Program-made: the position numbers and the translations under genes
Notes under the pieces: generated by a model
Databases searched by the model: none
What the model was told of the DNA's origin: nothing
Seen by the model: only the letters and a program-made list of their open reading frames with translations
NCBI GenBank assembly: GCA_965222075.1
Contig: OZ244937.1
Location: 1,600,001 to 1,664,000, forward strand
DNA length: 64,000 bases
Direction of reading: 5' to 3'
Source of the DNA: Candidatus Latescibacterota bacterium
GTDB lineage: Bacteria; Latescibacterota; UBA2968; GCA-2709665
Shown: positions 8,399-18,035 of the stretch, piece after piece
Position numbering within the stretch: position 1 is the stretch's first letter
Layout: every line of letters begins with the position of its first letter

Positions 8399-10402
8399 TC
8401 AATCCCCCACCACCTTTATCCGAAGGCTCTGTAAGCCTTCGAGAAACAGATCGATATCTTCCTGCGTGGAAACAGTCGCCGCGGGACCCTGGTCCCGAGG
8501 GAAAAACCCGTCTCCCCGACCCGGTTCGAGCGGCATGACATACCTCAACCGGGCCTTCAGCAGGACATTCTCGTCCGCTCGATTCACCCGTGCAAAAACC
8601 TCATCAATCGTCTCCTCGTCCCCGAAACCACCAGGGGGTCCAAAAAAGCGTCCGGGTCCACCCGCTCCGCCGGAGTCATCCCCCAATGCCGCAACGGAAC
8701 CTGCTTCGAGCTGGTAGACACCCGCGGGAAACGTATCCGGCACGCTGAGTGCCAGCTCGATTTTCCGGTCACTCCGCCGGCCAACGCGCAGCGAGGCAGT
8801 AACGGCCAGCGTGTCCCCGGGACTGATGACGGTATCCGCAGCAACGTCCACCACCCTGGCAAAACGAGGCTCGGGGATCACTTCAACATGAACCTCGGCC
8901 TCCCGTACCTGCAAGGCGTAATCGTTTCTCGTCATAAGTTGGGCGAGTACCCGGGACAAGTCGCCAACGGCCTCCCGAACCAGAGAGGCGAGCCGTCCTT
9001 CGGGCGAGGCGTATAGCCGGGAACGAGCGAGCGTCGAATCGGTGCCGACAAAGGAAATATCCGTGGTAACGTGGATACCGTGGTCCGGCTCCTCTTCGAC
9101 CCGGTTGGACAAAGGGACAAAAAAAGCACTGGGGACGAGATCGAGCGAGGTATATGGGCCGATACCGATGGTGGGCATCCTGTGCACAAGCTCGACGACG
9201 CCCCCCGATGGAAACGTATACACGCTCCTGATCGGTACCAATTCCGGTCCGTCATCGAGCACGCCGCGAACCGCGGGCAAGCGGTCTTCGGTCAGCGTGC
9301 CCCGCACCGTCGGGTTCAGCGTCGCGAACTTGTACGGCGCCCTCAAATTGGAGATTTCTCCGAGCACCCGCGCTTCGATTATGGGAAGCTCCACCGGACC
9401 CGCTTCCGACATGGAATGCCCAAAACCATATATTCGATCGCCGTCAACGTAGGATATGGTTCCCAGGGCGCCAATGGTAAGCTCACCCAGCAGCAAACCA
9501 ACCGCCAGCGGCCTGCCGGGCGCAAAGCTGTGCTGGCGCTGCCGGGTCAAACCAGCGGCGACCGCCTCGCTCAGGAGGGACGAACCCCCTTCAGGCGGCG
9601 GCATACGATTGAATCCCGTGCTCAGCAAGGGGATATCCAGGGGGACGATACGGCTCCCCTGCAAAGTGGCCGCGCGTTTGGCCAACGGCACCGTTCCCTT
9701 AGAACCGATGACCCATTCGATGGGCGTGGCAAAGAAGTAGTACGGCGGGCTGTCCTGGGAGTCAGGTCCATAAGCGATGGCGCCCCAGGTGCCCTGCTCC
9801 GTGAAAACGGGGGAACCGCTCATACCCTTGGCAATCCCCCCGAGCTGTATCAAAACCGGATCGGAGGCTTCCACCATGTAGACCGGCATGGGCGGCAAGA
9901 AATCATCGATCACCTGGATGAACCTCATTTCAAGATCGGTGAGCTCGCCATTGACAAATTCGGTCCGCATGAACACCGGCGTGCCCGTGGGCATGGACCG
10001 AACCGAGTCGATCGGCACGATGGTGGATAGATCCCAGGGTTGCAATTCCCCGGTCGGGCGTACGACGACAGGGGTAGGCACCTCCTTGCCGAAGCTCTGC
10101 GCAAAGACCACAAAGTCCGAAAACCCGATCTCACCATTGCCACTCAGATCATACTTCGCTTCGTACTTCTCATCACCCCGACGCGACCCGAACACGCCCG
10201 CAAAGAGCACAAAGTCGGAAAAACCAACCGTCCCGTCGCCGTCAAAGTCGGACAAGGCCGAGGCGTTATCGCCGTTGGCATTCACTGTGATCGCATGCGT
10301 TGTTGTGCGATCATCGTCTGCATCGGAACCCATCGCGGCGTGACACACAAATGCCAGCAACCCGATGGCCGCAATACACATCATTCCTTTTTGGGAAGTC
10401 AT
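8399..10402 (-). CDS. SpoIVB peptidase S55-domain protein with N-terminal dockerin/EF-hand-like repeats
   Basis: GIAKGMSGSPV, GTISYVDGDRIYGFGH; DFDGDGTVGFSDF and DLSGNGEIGFSDF. Confidence 0.8.
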   Translation of the reverse strand: MTSQKGMMCIAAIGLLAFVCHAAMGSDADDDRTTTHAITVNANGDNASALSDFDGDGTVGFSDFVLFAGVFGSRRGDEKYEAKYDLSGNGEIGFSDFVVFAQSFGKEVPTPVVVRPTGELQPWDLSTIVPIDSVRSMPTGTPVFMRTEFVNGELTDLEMRFIQVIDDFLPPMPVYMVEASDPVLIQLGGIAKGMSGSPVFTEQGTWGAIAYGPDSQDSPPYYFFATPIEWVIGSKGTVPLAKRAATLQGSRIVPLDIPLLSTGFNRMPPPEGGSSLLSEAVAAGLTRQRQHSFAPGRPLAVGLLLGELTIGALGTISYVDGDRIYGFGHSMSEAGPVELPIIEARVLGEISNLRAPYKFATLNPTVRGTLTEDRLPAVRGVLDDGPELVPIRSVYTFPSGGVVELVHRMPTIGIGPYTSLDLVPSAFFVPLSNRVEEEPDHGIHVTTDISFVGTDSTLARSRLYASPEGRLASLVREAVGDLSRVLAQLMTRNDYALQVREAEVHVEVIPEPRFARVVDVAADTVISPGDTLAVTASLRVGRRSDRKIELALSVPDTFPAGVYQLEAGSVAALGDDSGGAGGPGRFFGPPGGFGDEETIDEVFARVNRADENVLLKARLRYVMPLEPGRGDGFFPRDQGPAATVSTQEDIDLFLEGLQSLRIKVVGD

Positions 10403-10709
10403 TTTCCGAATCCTCCTATTCGTGATGGAGTTACCCCGGTTTCGTGAACGGTTTGGGGTTTGAGATGGCTTTGTTGCATAAAGATTATGAGGACGGCTGT
10501 CCCCTATTGGTCATCGCGTGTTTATGCCCCGAGTGTACTGGTTCAATGTCATTCAACGTCTTGTCCATACCCGAACACTCCAATGGGTATGAAGCTGCTA
10601 TAAGTCGGCCCTCCCTAATGGGACGCTACGAACTCGTAAAGCATGCGGCGGAACTCCTGTGGCTCCTCAATGTGTGGGTAGTGGGGGAGTACCAACCTGA
10701 GAGGAGAAT

Positions 10710-11981
10710 TCAGGGCTTCCTGATTAAAACGATCCTGTTGGTATTGGTTCCCTTCTTGAGGTTGTCCACGCCCCAGCAGTTTGACGTTTTGGTGAAGACC
10801 TGGTCATTCACCAAAACGAGGAGCGGATCCAGACCCGCTTCGGCAGCAGCCGGAACAACAAGTGATTCCAGGAGGATTTTCCCACTGCGAACTTCCCCGA
10901 CCTCAAAAGCAACATAACCCTTTGGCTTGAGAACTCTCTTTAGCTCGGCGAATACCCGCGTCATTGCCGCTTGCCACGCCTCTGGCTTTTTGAGATGCCA
11001 AACATCAACCATTTGTGCATCTATGCCGTTGAACCAACACCGTAACCAGTTGTCCGTCTGGTAGTCCACCACGTCCAAAAACGGGGGCGACGTTACAACA
11101 AGGCTGATAGAATCGCATTCGATATCGGGCGTATTGTCAGAAGATCCGGTTATGAGTAATGCCTTTGCAGAAGATTCGCGCAGCCTCTCGGCGTCACTCG
11201 CGTCCATTTTACCAAGGAGCGATCCGGATTTCCTCAGAATCAATTCTCTGACATCCCTCCCGGGAGGTATCTGCTCTCGGCTCTGGTTAATGCTCCTCTG
11301 TCGCTCAACCGTGACAGCTTGATTTGGGGGCAATGTGTAGACCGAAAAGAAACCGGATGAATGACCCGTCAGTCGGTTTGTTGCCACCATCCTTATCCAC
11401 CTATCGACCGCATCGAGACTGCCCTCTTCCTGTTTTCCAAGAAGGTAATTCCGCAAGTTGGTTATCTGGAGCAGTGTATCCGGATGATAGAAGACGAGCA
11501 ACTCCTCCCACGTGTTGCATTCGCTTTCCAGAGGTAGTGCACTCAGGCGTTCTGAAATAGCTGTTGGTGAGGGAGGGTTGAGTCGCGGAGCCACCAGTAT
11601 TTTGCTTAGCGGATTGATGTCCGTTCCAATGGGTGAGCGCCCCAGCAATGCAGCCTCGATGACAGTCGTGCCACGCCCCAGAAAGGGATCGTAGACGGCG
11701 TCGCCAGGACAAGTAAGCCGCTGAATGAAGAACTTTGGCAACTGGGGCTTAAAGCACGCACGATACGATACTTCGTGAAGTGAGTGGGCCGCTCTTTGTT
11801 GTGATGTCCAGAACTCATTTACATAGACAGGAATATCGAAGTTCGGATCAGGGAATTCCAGAATTGCTGTTTTCTTGTGGAAATCGCTGAACCTCTCGAT
11901 ATCATAGAGGAAATCTTCGAACGAAAGTGGTGCTACCGAAGTGTCAGGCTGGTCAAAGAGCTGTAATTGATTTGCTGCCAC
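10710..11981 (-). CDS. Site-specific DNA methyltransferase (N4-cytosine/N6-adenine type)
   Basis: DPFLGRGTT (motif I) followed by TSPPF (motif IV). Confidence 0.85.
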   Translation of the reverse strand: MAANQLQLFDQPDTSVAPLSFEDFLYDIERFSDFHKKTAILEFPDPNFDIPVYVNEFWTSQQRAAHSLHEVSYRACFKPQLPKFFIQRLTCPGDAVYDPFLGRGTTVIEAALLGRSPIGTDINPLSKILVAPRLNPPSPTAISERLSALPLESECNTWEELLVFYHPDTLLQITNLRNYLLGKQEEGSLDAVDRWIRMVATNRLTGHSSGFFSVYTLPPNQAVTVERQRSINQSREQIPPGRDVRELILRKSGSLLGKMDASDAERLRESSAKALLITGSSDNTPDIECDSISLVVTSPPFLDVVDYQTDNWLRCWFNGIDAQMVDVWHLKKPEAWQAAMTRVFAELKRVLKPKGYVAFEVGEVRSGKILLESLVVPAAAEAGLDPLLVLVNDQVFTKTSNCWGVDNLKKGTNTNRIVLIRKP

Positions 11982-12240
11982 TCACATCCTCCGGAGTAGT
12001 TCAAGAGCCTTATCTCTTGAAATCCTGGTTGTTTTGCCCAATTCTTCCTGTTGCCACCACTCCCACACTATCTCAACAGGAATGATCCAATAAGGAACAG
12101 CAGGAAATCGCTGAATATCTGAGACAACATAACCCGCAATTTCATCCATCTTTGCCAGGAAGCCAGGCTCATCGAACTTTCTTCCTGAACCAACCAGGTA
12201 GCTTGGGCAGAAGTAGATCCCGCCGCGCGAGACACGCGAC
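11982..12240 (-). pseudogene. 3' remnant of a hypothetical gene abutting the methyltransferase (possible cognate endonuclease)
   Basis: GGIYFCPSYLVGSGRKFDE..; its stop abuts the MTase start; 5' part missing. Confidence 0.45.
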
Positions 12241-12253
12241 AAACAGCGGATGC

Positions 12254-12696
12254 TCAATGGCCAGGGGGTCGGGGTCTGTTCCGATGTACCCCCTGTGCGC
12301 CGCCGGCAAGAAACGCTCTGGCCATTTCCACCGAACCCCCATCACATGTGGTGTTTACGATCACCGATCCCGGCAGTTTCACGTGCTTCGCAATGCTGCT
12401 TGCGGGCATATCCTCCCCAATCAAACTGGATGTATCTATCGTGTCCATATACTCGCCGAACAAAATTCCCGTGGTCTCCACCGTGGCCGGAAATCACAAA
12501 GATACGGCGGGGCCGTTTCGTCCTGCGCAATCACCTTGAGGAAATCAGCGGGACACCCAATGGCGTAGTAGTGCGTGACGGTCCAGAAACCCTCAATGAC
12601 GTGGCGCAATATCTGCGCGTTTGCGGAATCGTGGACGCATGCGATTCCTACCGGAATTTTGGGACGGAAAAATTCCGTATCTATGGGATTCCACAC
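12254..12696 (-). pseudogene. Frameshifted hypothetical protein
   Basis: One plausible protein spread over three frames (..PPYL / ISGHGGDHG / LFGEY..NTTCDGG..ARAFLAGG). Confidence 0.5.
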
Positions 12697-12742
12697 GTGT
12701 CTACCCTCCCCTCAGGAGTCCCCAGGGGTATTCAATACCCCG

Positions 12743-12772
12743 GTACAGGGCGATCACAAGGATCGCCCCTAC
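12743..12772 (-). repeat. GTAG-family REP palindrome
   Basis: rc GTAGGGGCGATCCTTGTGATCGCCCTGTAC, intergenic. Confidence 0.7.
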
Positions 12773-12785
12773 GAGAAAAACACAC

Positions 12786-13819
12786 CTACTCTCCTTCGGA
12801 AACTTGTCGGCGTCGCCGCCGGGCCAGTTCCCGCATATCCGTAACCGTATCGGACTCATCCACAATCTCTCTGCCCAGAATCTCTTCCAGCACATCTTCA
12901 AGCGTGATAATACCCGCCAGCCCGCCATACTCGTCAATAACGGCAAAGAGGTGCTGCCGGCGTTCCAGGAACATCGAGAGAACGCGGTCCAGCGAGACCG
13001 TCTCGGCAACGAAGTGCACCGGATGCATCAGGTCCGAAATCCGGATATGCCCCCGCCCTCCGGTCAGGGCATTGAATGCATCTCGCCGCATCACAACGCC
13101 TATCACGTCCTCAAAATCTTTCTCGTAGACCGGAGCCCGACTGTAAGGCCAGACCCCCGCCTCCTTCTGAGCCTGCTCAACACGTCAAGGTCGGCGCTCA
13201 GTGCGAAAACAACCGTTCGAGGTGTCATCACATCTTTGACCGTCTTGCGTTTGAGCGAAAGGATATTCTGCATAACACGCGCTTCATCCGGCTGGATGGC
13301 GCCTGTTCGCCGTCCCATACGCGCCATAACCGCGATCTCTTCTTCAGACACCTCCTGAATCGCGTCACTTGAGAACGTTCTGGTTACCAGTCGGCACATC
13401 TCAACAAGAGGGTATAAAACCCAGACCAGGAGTTGTAATGGAAAAGCAATCATACCGGCCAAGGAGCGATTGTAGACCACACCTACCGTCTTGGGAATGA
13501 CCTCGGACAACATGAGAACCGCCAGTGTGATACCTACGGTAAAATAAAGTTCCCATTGACTCCCGAAGACCTGGATGAAAGCCGCACCTGCGAAAAACGC
13601 GCCGCCGGTATTGGCAATGGTATTCAGGGAAAGGATGGCCGAGATGGGACGGTCGACATTGCGCATACGCAGGTCTTTGAGGATGCGGCCCGACGCACGA
13701 CCCTTCTGAGCGAGGTTCTCGATATAACTGACGGGAACCGCGTAGAGAACGGCTTCAAAAAGAGAGCACATTCCGGAGACAACGATAACAGCGCACACCG
13801 CGAAAACGAGTTCGAACAA
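12786..13819 (-). pseudogene. CNNM/CorC (hemolysin-family) CBS-domain membrane protein, frameshifted near 13100-13180
   Basis: SGMCSLFEA, LSEVIPKT, DVMTPRT in ORF 13103-13819; VIDEYGGLAGIITLEDVLEEILG in ORF 12786-13106. Confidence 0.8.
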
Positions 13820-13939
13820 GCCAGTTCACCTCCCGTATTCAGAGAAAGATCCGTAAGGACGTGAAAAACGCGGATTGCCGCCTGTCGGGTCTGCCACAGC
13901 CCTCGCGGGATCGACATCTGTTGCGTCCAATATCGTCCG

Positions 13940-14310
13940 ACCGCGCGGTCCACACTCAAACACCGGGTGCGGCGCGTCCAAGTGGTTCACCGTTTCCTTC
14001 TTCAGCGTATAGCCCGGATCGATCACCAGCTCCTTCCCGCCTCCGTAAAGCACAAAGCTGTTCTGCGCGGGATGGTTGTGCCCCACACCGCCGATCCAGG
14101 GATACGCCTCGATCAAATGAGCCAGCGTGTGCCCGCCCAGGGGCCGAGCAGAGAACGCTCAGCCGGTAGACCCCAGGCGTCAGATCCAGGTCGAGCGTGA
14201 GGGCGAAATCCGTCTTCAGCGTGCGAACCACCGTTCCCACCTCGCGCTCGACCAGATCGAACCCCCCTGAAGCAACCTGTTTGAGCGCTTCACCGGCTGC
14301 CGCACGATCA
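13940..14310 (-). pseudogene. Remnant of a heparinase II/III-like gene
   Basis: GHNHPAQNSFVLYGGGKELVIDPGY motif within a short fragment. Confidence 0.5.
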
Positions 14311-17300
14311 CAACGTGGAGAACGCGACAATCAAGCCATCCTCACACCCCAGCACCAGCCATCCCTCCGCAAAAGCCGAGGCGGTCGCACCGGCGGGCAG
14401 CACCCCCATCAACGCCGTCTCCCCGTCTCCATTCACCCGCAGAACGCGGCCGTCCACGCACACCACAGCGGCTGTACTCCCCATACGGACGACCCGTGCC
14501 GCTCCGGGGGCCACGTCCACCGTCCACAGCGGCGCACCCCCCGGGCCAAAGCCGATCGCCGTTGACCCTTCCGTAGCTGCAAAAAGAACCTTTTCTTCGG
14601 GACCGTCCAGAAGCGCCAGCCCCGCCGGCACCTCGCCCAGGCAGTGGCCCCAGCGCCTCGCCTTCTCTACAAAGCTGTGCACCCTCAGGTTCTCCTGCCG
14701 GTTGACCGCGCAGGCCACCTCTACCTCGCCGTCGCCGTCTAAGTCTGCAATCAGCACATCCTTCACCTGTGACGTCCATCCCGCATTGGAAAAGGTATGC
14801 TTCTGCTGCCCGTCCACACCGATCACGCGGCAGACACTGCCCGACGACAGGATGTCGCATCCTCCGACAATCTCCTTTTCCCCATCCCCGTCCAGATCGT
14901 ACGTCTCAAAGGTCAGAAACGTACCGTGGTCCGTGCGGTACTCCCACCGCTCATTCCCCTCCGCGTCGACCATGTGCAGCCGCATATTTCCGGGCGTCAC
15001 CACCACCTCGCCGCTCCCGTCGCCGTCCAGGTCTTCCACCCACACGCGTTTGATACTCGATTTGTACCAGGACCAATAGGCCCAGTACTGGTTGCCGTAT
15101 TCGGGGTGATACCGCCAGACCTCCTCACGGGTGGCCGCATCCAGCGCGCGCACGAACGCGTCTTCGCACCCCAGCACGATCCGGGCGGGCTCCCCTGCGC
15201 ACAGCACCCCGCTGTGGACCGTATTGACCGGACTTCCCGTCTCATAAGTCCACGCAGCCTCCCCGTCCAACCCAAAGGCCACCAACGCGTCTCCCTCACA
15301 CGCGGCCAGCACCACACCCCCTTCCGCAATATGCAGGGCATTGACTCGCCCTGCCCCCTGCGCCGTCCACGCAGACGGTGGCGCCGCTGCCTTTAAACCG
15401 GACCGCGCCGGGGCAACCGCCTCCTGTCCGCCGGCCTTGCCGAACAGATCCTCCGGATCGGGCATTGCAACGGCCCCCACGTTCAGCTCGTGAACGGCTT
15501 CGCCGCCCAGTTCGCGCTCCCCGCACGCCCCGGCTTCCACCCGCCACAGCACCGCCAGATCTTCGGCGGCGTCCACGGCAAGCCTGCCCGATGCATCGAT
15601 CTCCACACCGCACGGCCTGGAAAACTGAACCGAAAGCCCCCCAACGCTCAACGCCGAACAGTTCCCCGCAAAAATCCCCTCCCGCCAGACCGCCAGCACA
15701 TCACACACCGCGCGCAGTCCACCGGCCCGTACCTCACCCGTGCAAATCGCAAAAGTCCCTTCCGGCGCTTTCACCAGCATCCACCCTGACGCGTTGCGCT
15801 GCGCCTCAAGCCGGTCCCCAACCCGATCCCCGGACCGCGCGTAAAGCAGGTTCACAAAACGTAGCGCCTCCCCCGCCTCCAGCACGGTGCTCCGGCTCTG
15901 ATCCAGCTCCGTCAGCAGCGTCCGGTCCGTCCTCAACTTCCTGCCAAGCTCCGGATCGTAGCCCGACTTCCACGACCCTGTGGGGCCGTAGAACGCCTCC
16001 TGGGTGCGGCAGGCCTGTCCCGACAGGTTCTGAACCACAAAATCCGTCCGGCTCCCCTCCCACTCGCACTGGTGGAAAATACACGCCTCATCCGACAGCT
16101 CCGGCCGTCCCGGACTGAACCACCGGCATATACCGCTGTAGGTTGCCCTCTCCCGCGCCACCAGCCGGTCCACCACCAGGAAAAAGTCCCCCTTCTTCCA
16201 CAGCAGCATCCGCGTCCAGTCCATACCCACATAGTCCGGCAGCGTCGTCGCCGAAAATCCGAACGTCCGCAGATCCGCCTTCCCGTCCAGCCGGCAGTAG
16301 CTTGGAAGTTCCTCCCCCAGCCCGTTCCGCGTCACCGTCACCATATTGTGATACTTGGGCGCAGTAAAATAAAGCTGGTCCGCCGACAGCAGCAGAAACC
16401 GGTCGTCCTGCGTGAGTGTGAGAATCGCGTTGGCGTCCTCGTAGGAATGCGATCCTCCGCCCGTGCCGTCCAAAATCAGATACTGTGCCGTCTTCTCCCA
16501 TCCGCTCCGCATCGTCAGAATATCGAACGTCTGCCCATACGGCACGCCCGGAGGCTTCAGCGCAACCCCACCGGGAGAATGCCTGGGAATATCGTAATAC
16601 AGCCGGTCCAGCGGAAACACGCGTGTTCCGACCTGATCGCCGGGCGGCGCCACCTCCATCCCCGCACCGTAGGGCTGCCGCCACGGCATCAGGCCTCCGG
16701 ACGGCGCAATTTCCGGCGCCATGTTGTCCAGGGCAAAGCGCAGCCCGGCATCCCGCAGATAGAAAGACACCTGGGCCAGGAACCAGTTGGGATACGCGCT
16801 CACGTCCCCGTCTCCTATGGTAGCGGCAAACCCGTTGCTCGTACAGTTCCCCACCGCGCGCTCCGCCGCCAGGCGCGCCATCCCACTGTCGAAAAACACC
16901 GTATTCCCCGTCAGCAGAGCATAGGTCGCAAAATCCCCGATGCTCTGGTTCCACCCGTGCGCGTTATTATCACAGATCTGCTTGGAACAATAGGCCCCGA
17001 TGCGGAACAGCTCGTCCACAAGCGCCCGCCATTCCCGAGCTTCGGGAAGACGATAGTGCCGCTCAAAATAAATCGCCCCGAACAGCACCCCCAGCGCGCA
17101 CAGCGTCTGGTGGTTCTGGCGCGGCAGCTCCGACCCGGCCGAATGGCTCAGCCCTCTATTCCCGGCCCCTTCGGGCGACATCAGCACATCGTAAAAAAAC
17201 CGGACGATCTTCAGCCGGTCCGCCTCGGAAAACACCTGACACGTCTCCACAATCGGCCACATCATCATCACCGGCCAAAATCCCAGGTGGAGCTGGCTTT

Positions 17301-17985
17301 CGGGCGTATGCAGCACCGGTGTCTCCATCAATGCCATCAGCCCCTGTTTCAGTCCCTCGGCGATTCCGGGGTCTCCGCTCCGCACATACGCCCATGCCGC
17401 CGACGGAACGTGCGACAGTCCCCCGTACCCCGTAAAATCGTAGACCCACCCTTCGGGCGTGGGGCCCACCCTCGCCCAGCGCTCCACATCCGCCACCTCC
17501 TCTGGCCGGGACGACCCGTAGACCACTTCGTAAAGCCCGGGAATGCCCTCTGCTGCGCCGGCGATAACGGCCGACAGGCGCGCAACAGCCGCATTCAGGC
17601 CCACCTCGTCCGCAGCCCCCACCACAAGCGCATTCCGGCCTGCCCCCCACGGGTCCCAAAGCGTGGTCAGCACATACCCCCCCGCACCCGGATAGCTCCT
17701 GTCCACAAACGTCAACCACCGATAGTAGAGGTATTCGATCCCCCGGTTGTCCCCCAGGCTGCCCACGAGAATCGCGTGGCGCTCCGGCCGGATGCCCCAG
17801 GCTGCGTACCCCGCATCGTCCGCCACCGGCACCTCCGACCCGCACACCCTCTCCAACGCCCCGGCGATCCGTCGGGCCGCTGCCTGCTGGGCCTCTCCCC
17901 CACCGGCCACAACCTCGACCGCCCCGGCGTCAAACGGAATCTCCAGCGACATCTGCTTCACTTCACCAATCCTGTGCTCGCTCAT
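14308..17985 (-). CDS. Large heparinase II/III-like protein with C-terminal FG-GAP/PQQ beta-propeller
   Basis: QNHQT, MRSGW, HSYEDANAI, HNMV; DLDGDG repeats. Confidence 0.7.
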   Translation of the reverse strand: MSEHRIGEVKQMSLEIPFDAGAVEVVAGGGEAQQAAARRIAGALERVCGSEVPVADDAGYAAWGIRPERHAILVGSLGDNRGIEYLYYRWLTFVDRSYPGAGGYVLTTLWDPWGAGRNALVVGAADEVGLNAAVARLSAVIAGAAEGIPGLYEVVYGSSRPEEVADVERWARVGPTPEGWVYDFTGYGGLSHVPSAAWAYVRSGDPGIAEGLKQGLMALMETPVLHTPESQLHLGFWPVMMMWPIVETCQVFSEADRLKIVRFFYDVLMSPEGAGNRGLSHSAGSELPRQNHQTLCALGVLFGAIYFERHYRLPEAREWRALVDELFRIGAYCSKQICDNNAHGWNQSIGDFATYALLTGNTVFFDSGMARLAAERAVGNCTSNGFAATIGDGDVSAYPNWFLAQVSFYLRDAGLRFALDNMAPEIAPSGGLMPWRQPYGAGMEVAPPGDQVGTRVFPLDRLYYDIPRHSPGGVALKPPGVPYGQTFDILTMRSGWEKTAQYLILDGTGGGSHSYEDANAILTLTQDDRFLLLSADQLYFTAPKYHNMVTVTRNGLGEELPSYCRLDGKADLRTFGFSATTLPDYVGMDWTRMLLWKKGDFFLVVDRLVARERATYSGICRWFSPGRPELSDEACIFHQCEWEGSRTDFVVQNLSGQACRTQEAFYGPTGSWKSGYDPELGRKLRTDRTLLTELDQSRSTVLEAGEALRFVNLLYARSGDRVGDRLEAQRNASGWMLVKAPEGTFAICTGEVRAGGLRAVCDVLAVWREGIFAGNCSALSVGGLSVQFSRPCGVEIDASGRLAVDAAEDLAVLWRVEAGACGERELGGEAVHELNVGAVAMPDPEDLFGKAGGQEAVAPARSGLKAAAPPSAWTAQGAGRVNALHIAEGGVVLAACEGDALVAFGLDGEAAWTYETGSPVNTVHSGVLCAGEPARIVLGCEDAFVRALDAATREEVWRYHPEYGNQYWAYWSWYKSSIKRVWVEDLDGDGSGEVVVTPGNMRLHMVDAEGNERWEYRTDHGTFLTFETYDLDGDGEKEIVGGCDILSSGSVCRVIGVDGQQKHTFSNAGWTSQVKDVLIADLDGDGEVEVACAVNRQENLRVHSFVEKARRWGHCLGEVPAGLALLDGPEEKVLFAATEGSTAIGFGPGGAPLWTVDVAPGAARVVRMGSTAAVVCVDGRVLRVNGDGETALMGVLPAGATASAFAEGWLVLGCEDGLIVAFSTL

Positions 17986-18035
17986 CTTCACACCTCTTCG
18001 TGAGCGGATTTGTTCGACTGTCCCTCCCAAAAACC

